Assembly (NCBI GenBank): GCA_031370645.1
Contig: JANMQV010000191.1
Location: forward strand, 1-30,739
Length of the DNA stretch: 30,739 nucleotides
Source: Candidatus Eiseniibacteriota bacterium
Lineage (GTDB): Bacteria; Eisenbacteria; RBG-16-71-46; SZUA-252
Direction of reading: 5' to 3'
Made by a program: the position numbers and the translations under genes. The notes below the pieces were generated by a model, which saw only the letters and a list, made by a program, of their open reading frames with translations, made no database searches and was not told the DNA's origin. Below are positions 19,080 to 26,489 of this stretch, one piece after another; position 1 is the first letter of the stretch; each line of letters begins with the position of its first letter.

Positions 19080-20046
19080 GCGCGCCCTCCAGGATCCAGC
19101 GGTGGACCTTGTCGATCTCGGGCGCGGTGAAATAAGGACCGCCCTGTGGCATCCGCTCGCCGAAGCCCGGCGGCGAGATGATCTTCTGATAGATCCACGA
19201 ATTCGTGAGATCGAGCGGCTTGATGTATCCGAGCACAGACCCCGTGTAATCGGTCACGAGGCGATCGTACATCCGCGGGTCTCCGGGATTCGCGAAGTCG
19301 TGACAACTCGCACAGCGGCTTGTGAGCATGGGCTTGATGTCGGTCGCGAACGAGACGGAGGTTCCGAAGCCGACGACCTTGACCACCGGGCAGTCGGGAC
19401 CGACCTCGACCGTGCATGAGGTCGCACCTCCCGCGGTGGGACTGAACGCGACGGTCACCGTTGTCGAGACGCCGATGGGAAGCTCGGCCGGGCCGCCGCC
19501 GATGAGAACTTGGAATTCGGAGCAGGAGGGAACGATGTCGACAAGAAGCGGTGCGGTCCCCGCGCTGATGACTTCGAATGTGGCAAGTCTCGTCTGACCG
19601 ACCCGGAGCGATCCGAAGGAAATCGAATCTTGGAGCACGACGCAGCGGGCTCCCGGCGCCTGAAGCGCGGCCGTGCCGGCGAGCGGGACGGACGAAACGT
19701 TCGTCCCGAGTTCGAGCGTGCAGGGAAACGTCCCGGCGGAGCCCGGCGCGAACGCCACGACGACCGTTTGCGACTCGCCGGCGCCGAGCGCATAGCCGCC
19801 TCCGCCCGATTGGATCGTGTACTCGGAGCAGGAGAGTCCGGCGTTGCCGGTCAGCGTACCGGTCCCGACGTTCGTGATGGTGACGGCTCGCGTACTCGAC
19901 CGGCTCACGACGACGGTGCCGAAGTCGAGGGAAGTGACGGAGAGTTGGCTCCGCGGCTGCGGCTTGAACGGAGCGCCGAGATCGGAGCAGCCCGCTAGGA
20001 TGACCATCGATGTCAGCGCGAAGATGAAACGACGCAGAAAGGTCAT
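19069..20046 (-). CDS. Lipoprotein with two Ig-like (ASH/choice-of-anchor D-like) domains and a C-terminal monoheme cytochrome c
   Basis: Lipobox LAGC and two ~100-aa repeats (LDFGTV..TITNVGTGTL..VAFAP; ISFGSL..ISAGTAPL..VAFSP). SFATDIKPML..CASCH (19300-19314), distal MP, WILEGA. Confidence 0.8.
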   Translation of the reverse strand: MTFLRRFIFALTSMVILAGCSDLGAPFKPQPRSQLSVTSLDFGTVVVSRSSTRAVTITNVGTGTLTGNAGLSCSEYTIQSGGGGYALGAGESQTVVVAFAPGSAGTFPCTLELGTNVSSVPLAGTAALQAPGARCVVLQDSISFGSLRVGQTRLATFEVISAGTAPLLVDIVPSCSEFQVLIGGGPAELPIGVSTTVTVAFSPTAGGATSCTVEVGPDCPVVKVVGFGTSVSFATDIKPMLTSRCASCHDFANPGDPRMYDRLVTDYTGSVLGYIKPLDLTNSWIYQKIISPPGFGERMPQGGPYFTAPEIDKVHRWILEGALEN

Positions 20047-20211
20047 CCGCCCCCTAAACCGGTGATCCGACGCCGGGTGAGTCTAGACCGAACGGGGCTG
20101 TGTGGCCTCTCTGGAAATCGCGGCGGCGAGATTCGCGGACTCAAACACCGTATCCCCAGAATGCACGATTTGGTGCCCCGAGGCCGCTATTTCGCTATAG
20201 CATTTAGACCG

Positions 20212-20235
20212 TAACTTGTTGTAAGATAGAGACTA
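20212..20235. promoter_or_regulatory. IHF-like site (copy 3)
   Basis: TAACTTGTTGTAAGATAGAGACTA has the same core as the two sites upstream of groES. Confidence 0.4.
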
Positions 20236-20253
20236 AACAATACGTCCTCGCCG

Positions 20254-20268
20254 TGGTGTAGAACTTGC
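20254..20268 (+). promoter_or_regulatory. Putative sigma54 (-24/-12) promoter for the peptidase operon
   Basis: TGGTGTAGAACTTGC has TGG and TTGC at exact GG-N10-GC spacing, about 50 nt before ATG 20318. Confidence 0.5.
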
Positions 20269-20317
20269 CACTAGTCTTATGGCTCTTACTGTCTCGAAAT
20301 TCGCCTTGGAGGACACC

Positions 20318-20974
20318 ATGCGCCGCGCCCCTCGCAACGCCCCTCTCTGGATCCTCATCGGCGCGGCCGTCGTCATCGCGGCGGCTACCGTCAGCACGCG
20401 AGCGGGGGGAGTACGCCCCGCGAAGCCGGCGGTCGGCGAAGTCACCGCCCCGGCGACGCCTCGGTCGACCGACCCCGCCGACGAGAATGTTGCGCCGAGG
20501 CCGGCGCGCATCGAGCCGCTCAAGTTCTCCGACTCCCCGGCCACGGCCACGGCTCCGGTGACCGAATCGACCACCAACGCCGCCGCGACGTCACTCGCCT
20601 CGGAACCGGTCGGGGTCGCGGGCATGGTTGTCGGAATCGATCCCGAGACCGGAAAGCTCGGCATGCCGTCGCGCGAATTCCGCGACGCCATGCGCGACAA
20701 CCCGCGTGGCCCGGCGTTGAGCCGATCGATGGAGGGACTTCAGGTCATCCATCGGCCCGACGGATCGAAGATGGTCGACTTGAGGGATCGTTTCCAGGAC
20801 TACGCCATCGTCCGCATCGCGCCGGATGGGCGGAAGGAACAGACGTGTGTTCAAGGGCCGGAAGTAGAGGCCGCGCTCGTCGGGAAGCCGGCCGCCGTGG
20901 CGCCTGAGCCCGCGCCCGCCGATCCGAATTCGAACGCCGCTACCGACACCACGTCCGAACCGGCGGAGCGCTAA
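20318..20974 (+). CDS. Exported Pro/Ala/Thr-rich protein with a compact 'IDPETGKL...PDGS..VDL..RF...PDG....C' domain
   Basis: SD GGAGG before ATG 20318, N-terminal hydrophobic signal or anchor, low-complexity linkers and a single Cys. It resembles, from memory and unverified, the so-called post-PEP-CTERM-1 domain. Confidence 0.75.
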   Translation: MRRAPRNAPLWILIGAAVVIAAATVSTRAGGVRPAKPAVGEVTAPATPRSTDPADENVAPRPARIEPLKFSDSPATATAPVTESTTNAAATSLASEPVGVAGMVVGIDPETGKLGMPSREFRDAMRDNPRGPALSRSMEGLQVIHRPDGSKMVDLRDRFQDYAIVRIAPDGRKEQTCVQGPEVEAALVGKPAAVAPEPAPADPNSNAATDTTSEPAER

Positions 20975-20977
20975 CCG

Positions 20978-22681
20978 ATGTCGCGACTCCGGCCGTACCT
21001 CCAGGCGATCGCCGTGGCGTTCGCGCTCTTCCTCGGGATCGCCACCGCTGCCGGCGCCGCCACCATCGTGATCGTGAACAACGACGGTCCCGGCGAGGGA
21101 TTCAACGATCCCACGCCCGACCCGCCGTTCGGCGGAAACCCGGGCACGACGCTCGGCGAGAAGCGCCTCTTCATCTTCAATTACGCCGCGTCGATCTGGG
21201 GCGGCATTCTCCCGAGCGACGTCACCATCCGCGTGCTCGCCCAATTCAACTCGCAGACCTGCGACGCCACGAGTGGTGTTCTCGGAAGCGCCGGCGCCCG
21301 AAGCGCGCACGCCAACTTCCCCGGCGCACCGTTCGCGAACATGTATTACCACCAGGCGCTCGCGAACCGCCTCTCGGGTACTGATCTGAGTCCCACGCTC
21401 GAGGACATCAACGCGACGTTCAACTCCGACGTCGACAACGCGGTCTGCCTCGGCGACATCAGTTGGTATTACGGAACCGACGGCCAAGACGGCGCCGATA
21501 TCGAACTCCTTCCGGTCGTCCTCCACGAGCTCGGGCACGGTTTGGGGTTCAGCACCTTTGCCTCTTCAAGCACCGGGGCCTTCCTCGACGGCACGCCCGA
21601 CATCTTCGCCCACTTCCTGCTCAACACGTCGACCGGTCTCCACTGGGACCAAATGACCAACAACAACGCCCGGAAATCCTCGGCGGTCAACACGGGCAAT
21701 TTGGTGTGGGACGGCTCGTCGGTGAACCTGTGGGCGCCGTACGTTCTCCAGCACGAACCGGAATTGCTCGTCCTCTCGCCCGCGACGATCGACGGGTCGT
21801 ACGTCGCCAACTTGGCCGGCTTCGGCGGATCGATCGACGCGACCGGAATCACAAGCGGCATCGTGCTCGTGACCGACACCGTGGCCCCGGTGAACGACGG
21901 CTGCGAGTCGTTCGTCAACGGCCCGGCCCTGGCGGGAAAATTCGCCCTCATCGACCGCGGCCTCTGCACTTTCGTGGCGAAGGTGGCGGCGGCTCAGGCG
22001 AGCGGCGCCATCGGCGTCATCGTGGCGAACAACGTCGCGGGTGCGCCGACCACGATGGGGGGTACCGATCCCTCGATCACGATTCCGTCGATCATGATCT
22101 CGCAGGCCGACGGCACGACGATCAAGAACGCGCTCCTCTCCGGCCCGGTCACCGCGACGATCCGGCGGCATCCGACGCAGCTCGCGGGCGCCAACAGTGG
22201 CGGAAAGGTGAAGATGTACGCTCCGAACCCCGTGGAACCTGGCTCCTCGGTGTCGCACTTCGATGTGAGCGCGTTCCCCGACCTTCTCATGGAGCCCGGT
22301 ATCAACTCGGGGCTTCACGACGGCGTCGACCTTACGCGGAGACTCTTCGAGGACATCGGCTGGATGCCGGCGATCACCGGTGTCGAGCCGGTCGTGACGG
22401 CCCCGAAGTTCCGGGTCCGAAGCGCGCCGAATCCCTTCACGCCGGCGACGACGATCCTGCTCGCCCTTCCGACCGCGGGGCGCACGAGGGTCGCGGTCTA
22501 TGACGTGCAGGGCCGCTTGGTAAAACGACTCCTCGATACCTGGATGCCGGCGGGAACGCATGGAATCGCCTGGGACGGCAGCGACGAGCATGGCCGTCGC
22601 GCGGCCGCGGGCGTCTACTTCTCGCGCGTGGAATCAAACGGACGCCGCGCGGGAGAGAGGCTGGTCAAACTAGAGCGATGA
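20978..22681 (+). CDS. Secreted zinc metallopeptidase with inserted PA domain and C-terminal FlgD-Ig/T9SS-CTD-like domain (paralog 1)
   Basis: Signal peptide, HELGHGLG, PA domain (GKFALIDRGLCTFVAKVAAAQASGAIGVIVANN, TIPSIMIS), SSVSHFD..LLMEP, and APNPF..VYDVQGRLV..WDG..GVYF. Confidence 0.88.
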   Translation: MSRLRPYLQAIAVAFALFLGIATAAGAATIVIVNNDGPGEGFNDPTPDPPFGGNPGTTLGEKRLFIFNYAASIWGGILPSDVTIRVLAQFNSQTCDATSGVLGSAGARSAHANFPGAPFANMYYHQALANRLSGTDLSPTLEDINATFNSDVDNAVCLGDISWYYGTDGQDGADIELLPVVLHELGHGLGFSTFASSSTGAFLDGTPDIFAHFLLNTSTGLHWDQMTNNNARKSSAVNTGNLVWDGSSVNLWAPYVLQHEPELLVLSPATIDGSYVANLAGFGGSIDATGITSGIVLVTDTVAPVNDGCESFVNGPALAGKFALIDRGLCTFVAKVAAAQASGAIGVIVANNVAGAPTTMGGTDPSITIPSIMISQADGTTIKNALLSGPVTATIRRHPTQLAGANSGGKVKMYAPNPVEPGSSVSHFDVSAFPDLLMEPGINSGLHDGVDLTRRLFEDIGWMPAITGVEPVVTAPKFRVRSAPNPFTPATTILLALPTAGRTRVAVYDVQGRLVKRLLDTWMPAGTHGIAWDGSDEHGRRAAAGVYFSRVESNGRRAGERLVKLER

Positions 22682-24369
22682 AGAAGCTCGTCGCTTCACT
22701 CCTTGCCGTCGCCACGATTCTTAGTCCTGGGCTCTTCGGACCGCGGGCAACTTCCGCCGCCACGATCACGATCATCAACGCGGACGGTGCGGGCGAGGGC
22801 TTCAACGATCCGACCCCCGTCTCACCGGTCGGCGGAAACCCCGGAACCACGCGTGGCGAGCAGCGGCTGAACGTCTTCAGCCAAGCCGCCTCGATTTGGG
22901 GCGCGCTCCTCTCGAGCAGCGTCGTGATCCAGGTGGTCGCCCAATTCGATCCGCAGTTCTGCACGTCGAACAGCGCCGTCCTCGGAAGCGCCGGCGCTCT
23001 GACCGCCGACAGCGACTTTCCGGGCGCCGAATTTCCGAATACCTGGTACCCCCAAGCCCTCGCCAACAAACTCGCGGGCATGGATCGGGATCCGGGCGCC
23101 GATATCGCCGCGACCTTCAACTCCGATGTCGACAACAGCACCTGCCTCGGTTCCGTGAGCTGGTACTACGGCTACGACGGGAACGAAGGCAACGACGTGG
23201 AACTCCTTCCGGTGGTATTGCACGAACTGGGGCACGGGCTTGGATTCGCGACGTTCGCCAATCCGAATTCGGGCGGGCTCCTCCTGAATATGCCCGACAT
23301 CTACACTCGCTTCATGCTCGACAAGACGATCGGGCTCCATTGGAGCGAGATGACCGATGCGCAGCGGTTCGTCTCGAGGGGGAATTCAGGAAATCTCGTT
23401 TGGGACGGCGCCGCGACGACGTTTCGGGCAAGGACATACCTCTCGGCACGCACCGAAGTCGAGGCCTACGCCCCGGCCTTCTGGGCCGGTGTCTACGAGA
23501 CCCCGGCTGCGCTCTTTGGGCCGACGCTCAGCACGACGGGCGTCACCGCCGAGGTCGTGGAGGTCAACGACGGAACGTGGCCGCCGGATGCCTGCCAGCC
23601 GATCCTGAACGTGGCCGCGCTGAACGGGAAGATCGCCTACATCGACCGCGGCAGCTGCTCGTTCGAGTTCAAGGTGGCGGCCGCGCAGGCGGCCGGTGCC
23701 GTTGGAGTCATCGTGGTGAACAACGTCGCCGGGGGGGCGTTCCAGATGCCCGGCACGAATCCTTCGATCACGATCCCCTCGGTGATGATTTCCGGCGAAG
23801 AAGGGGAACCGCTCCGCGAGGACGTGGAGGCGGGCGGCACCATCGTGACCCTTCGGAGCAACAGCGCGATTCGCTCCGGCACGCACCCCGACGGCCAGGT
23901 TCGCCTCTACGCGCCGAACGCCGTGGAGCCCGGCTCGTCGCTTTCCCATTTCGACGTCAGCGCTATCCCCGACCTCCTCATGGAGCCGAACATCAACTAT
24001 GGACTTCACAACAGCGTCGACCTGACGCGGGAAGCCTTCGAGGACATGGGCTGGCTCCCGCGACTCACCGCCGTCGCGGAGGGGCAGCCCGCCCCCCGCT
24101 TCCGCGTGGCGAGCGCTCCGAATCCGTTCCGTCCCTCGACGGTCATCTCGCTCGAACTTCCTTCCGGAGGCACGACCCGCGTGGAGATCTACGATCCGCA
24201 GGGGAGGCTGGTGAAGCGGCTGGTGAACGGCTGGCTCCCGGCGGGGCACCACTCGGTCACGTGGGATGGGACGAATTCCTCGGGTAGCCGCACGGCCGCG
24301 GGAGTCTACTTCACGCGAATCACCGCGAACGGCGTGCATGCCGGGCAGCGGTTGGTGAAGCTCGACTAA
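22678..24369 (+). CDS. Secreted zinc metallopeptidase with PA and FlgD-Ig/T9SS-CTD-like domains (paralog 2)
   Basis: Same architecture and many identical blocks (GEGFNDPTP, GGNPGTT, ATFNSDVDN, ELLPVVLHELGHGLGF, VEPGSS.SHFDVSA.PDLLMEP). ATGA-coupled to paralog 1. Confidence 0.88.
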   Translation: MKKLVASLLAVATILSPGLFGPRATSAATITIINADGAGEGFNDPTPVSPVGGNPGTTRGEQRLNVFSQAASIWGALLSSSVVIQVVAQFDPQFCTSNSAVLGSAGALTADSDFPGAEFPNTWYPQALANKLAGMDRDPGADIAATFNSDVDNSTCLGSVSWYYGYDGNEGNDVELLPVVLHELGHGLGFATFANPNSGGLLLNMPDIYTRFMLDKTIGLHWSEMTDAQRFVSRGNSGNLVWDGAATTFRARTYLSARTEVEAYAPAFWAGVYETPAALFGPTLSTTGVTAEVVEVNDGTWPPDACQPILNVAALNGKIAYIDRGSCSFEFKVAAAQAAGAVGVIVVNNVAGGAFQMPGTNPSITIPSVMISGEEGEPLREDVEAGGTIVTLRSNSAIRSGTHPDGQVRLYAPNAVEPGSSLSHFDVSAIPDLLMEPNINYGLHNSVDLTREAFEDMGWLPRLTAVAEGQPAPRFRVASAPNPFRPSTVISLELPSGGTTRVEIYDPQGRLVKRLVNGWLPAGHHSVTWDGTNSSGSRTAAGVYFTRITANGVHAGQRLVKLD

Positions 24370-25310
24370 CTTCCCGCCCCGATCCGAAACCCCTCTTCGA
24401 TCATGTCCGCGTGGATGCCGACCGTGTCGTTCACATCCCGCGCGTAACCGCCGGCCAGCGTCGCGAAGACCGGAATTCCTCGTACCACGCACGCGTCGAA
24501 GACGAGCCTGTCGCGCGCGCGCAAATCTTCCCGAGTCAGTTTCAAATTCCCCAACTGATCGTCCTCGTAGGGATCCGCGCCCGCCACGTATGCCACTAAA
24601 TCCGGCTCCACGCGATCGAGAATGCGCGGCACGTTGTGGCGGAGCGAGGCGAGATAGCGCTCTCCGCCGGCGTACGTCTCGAGACCGATGTCGAGGTCGC
24701 TCGGTGGCTTCACGGCGGGGTAGTTGTCCTCCTCGTGAATTGAGAAGGTAAAGACGGTCGGATCGTCGTGGAAGATGGCGGCGGTGCCGTTTCCCTGATG
24801 CACGTCGACGTCGATGACCGCGGCGCGATGAATACGACTGTCGGCCTGCAGGTCGCGGATGGCGATCGCCACGTCGTGGAGCACGCAGAATCCTTCGCCA
24901 TGATCGGGGAACGCATGGTGAAGGCCGCCTCCGATGTGGAGGGCGATGCCGCGCTCCAGCGCGCGGCGCGCCGCCTCGATGCTCCCCCCGGCGCCGAGAA
25001 ACGAAGCCTCAACCAATTCCCGCGAGTAGGGCAGTTCCAGCAGCGCCTCATCCAGTGCGGTCAGGCGCCCCTGGAGGAGCTTGTCGATATAGAGCTGATC
25101 GTGAACGCGTCGGACCTGCTCGACCGTGGCGGGCGCGGGCGCGATGAATTCGTCATCGCGGACGAGACCCCTCCGCACCAGTTCGTCACGGATGAATTTG
25201 TATTTCCGCATCGGGAAGACGTGCGCGCCGATGTCGGCGTAGTAGCCGTCGTGATAGATGACCGCGGGTTTTCCGGAGGCGGGGCGAGAGATGGAGGGCT
25301 CGGGCGTCAT
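24366..25310 (-). CDS. Zn-dependent histone deacetylase family protein
   Basis: HVFPMRKY, GGLHHA, GFC, DVDVHQGNGT, SIH, AGADPYEDDQLG, GGY. Confidence 0.93.
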   Translation of the reverse strand: MTPEPSISRPASGKPAVIYHDGYYADIGAHVFPMRKYKFIRDELVRRGLVRDDEFIAPAPATVEQVRRVHDQLYIDKLLQGRLTALDEALLELPYSRELVEASFLGAGGSIEAARRALERGIALHIGGGLHHAFPDHGEGFCVLHDVAIAIRDLQADSRIHRAAVIDVDVHQGNGTAAIFHDDPTVFTFSIHEEDNYPAVKPPSDLDIGLETYAGGERYLASLRHNVPRILDRVEPDLVAYVAGADPYEDDQLGNLKLTREDLRARDRLVFDACVVRGIPVFATLAGGYARDVNDTVGIHADMIEEGFRIGAGS

Positions 25311-25326
25311 GCGCCGGATCTCCCGG

Positions 25327-26376
25327 TTACTCGAACGAGTAGGGGCTCGTGATCGTGACGGTTTCGCCCTTCGTGGGAACGGCCGCGACGTTCGGGTCCG
25401 CGCCGCCGCCGGAAGGTGTCACGGAGTGTGGTAGGGCCGCCTCCCCCGCGCCATCGCGAGAAGGAACGAGCGCGCGATAGAGCACGATCATCGCCGCCAC
25501 CGTGAAGGGGAAGGCGAGCGTGCCGACGGCGCTGTCCCAGATGAGGCGGGCGATGGCGACGCCGACCAACTTCTGCTTCGCGACACTCGACAAGACCGAC
25601 AGCATGGTCGAAGGGAACGACGCGACCACGATGACAAGTGTCAGAAGCGCCGCGGCGACCACGAACCGCCACAGGAGCCCGCCGAAATTTCGACGCACGA
25701 GCGAAAAGCTCTCGCGAATCGATTCCATCGGCCCGCGCCCGTCGAGTACGAGGAGAGGTGTGGCAAAGGCGAGGAGAAACATCGCGAAGGCGATCCAAAT
25801 TCCCGCGGGGACGATGGCCAGAAGCACGAGTATCGAGCGCATCTCGATCGGAATGGCGCCCATCGCCATCGTCACAGCCGCCGCGCCTAGAATGATGACC
25901 GTCGCCGGAATCGCGATGAAGACGATCTGATAAAAGGAGGAAATGCCGTAGGGCCAGAGTAACTCGAGGACGAGTTTCACCGAATCGAGGAACCCTCGCC
26001 GCTCGCCTCGGAAAATCGCGTCCTGGAACGGAAGAAAGGGCGTGTAGACGAGGACGAGGAGCGGGAGGTAAGCCGTGGCGGCTACAATCCAGGTCACCGC
26101 TCGGAGTTGGTAGTCGGGATAGCCCATCGGCGACGTGCTCCCGCCGGTGGCGATCATGTAGAGCCCCATCCCGAATCGATAGAAGTAGAGGACCACGAGC
26201 ACCGGCAGGGCCGGCGCGAGGGATCGTCTGCCGAGCGAGAGCGTGTCGCGGAGAAAGTCTCCCACCGGCGGCAGGGGAGGGACGAGAGTCGGCGCTGCGG
26301 GCGCCGGCGCTGCGGGCGCCGCTGGTGGGGCAGGTTCACCCGCCGAGGAGAGCGTGGGACGGTCGATCGATTCCAT
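25327..26376 (-). CDS. Multi-pass membrane protein (about 6 TM) of unknown function
   Basis: Hydrophobic segments and the pattern ATPLLVLDGRGPMESIRESFSLVRRNFG. ATG 26376 is preferred over the 26520 extension. Confidence 0.75.
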   Translation of the reverse strand: MESIDRPTLSSAGEPAPPAAPAAPAPAAPTLVPPLPPVGDFLRDTLSLGRRSLAPALPVLVVLYFYRFGMGLYMIATGGSTSPMGYPDYQLRAVTWIVAATAYLPLLVLVYTPFLPFQDAIFRGERRGFLDSVKLVLELLWPYGISSFYQIVFIAIPATVIILGAAAVTMAMGAIPIEMRSILVLLAIVPAGIWIAFAMFLLAFATPLLVLDGRGPMESIRESFSLVRRNFGGLLWRFVVAAALLTLVIVVASFPSTMLSVLSSVAKQKLVGVAIARLIWDSAVGTLAFPFTVAAMIVLYRALVPSRDGAGEAALPHSVTPSGGGADPNVAAVPTKGETVTITSPYSFE

Positions 26377-26383
26377 CCCGGGC

Positions 26384-26389
26384 AGAATA
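26384..26389 (-). promoter_or_regulatory. -10 element for a probable leaderless transcript of the membrane protein gene
   Basis: TATTCT lies exactly 7 nt before ATG 26376 and there is no SD. Confidence 0.5.
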
Positions 26390-26476
26390 CACCCCGCCCC
26401 GGGGCCTCCCAAGCCCGTTGTGTCTTCGCCGCGTCTCGCTTCCGCGGACCCGCTCGCCTTCCTCCGCTTCACGCGG

Positions 26477-26482
26477 TAGGCT
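26477..26482 (+). promoter_or_regulatory. -10 element for a probable leaderless transcript of the helicase gene
   Basis: TAGGCT lies exactly 7 nt before ATG 26490 and there is no SD. Confidence 0.5.
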
Positions 26483-26489
26483 TTCGAGC

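Noticed and set aside
20163-20177. Minus-strand GGCAC...TGC sigma54-like box upstream of the cytochrome operon
   Set aside because: Spacing is GG-N11-GC, whereas sigma54 requires N10.
20972-20980. The accessory gene and peptidase 1 are in the same frame, separated by TAA-CCG, suggesting readthrough or a broken single gene
   Set aside because: Peptidase 1 has its own ATG, a GGAG SD and a full signal peptide, and paralog 2 begins the same way.
24366-24369. Convergent stop-codon overlaps (here and at 10765-10787)
   Set aside because: Short 3' overlaps are common in compact genomes, and there is no evidence of antisense regulation.
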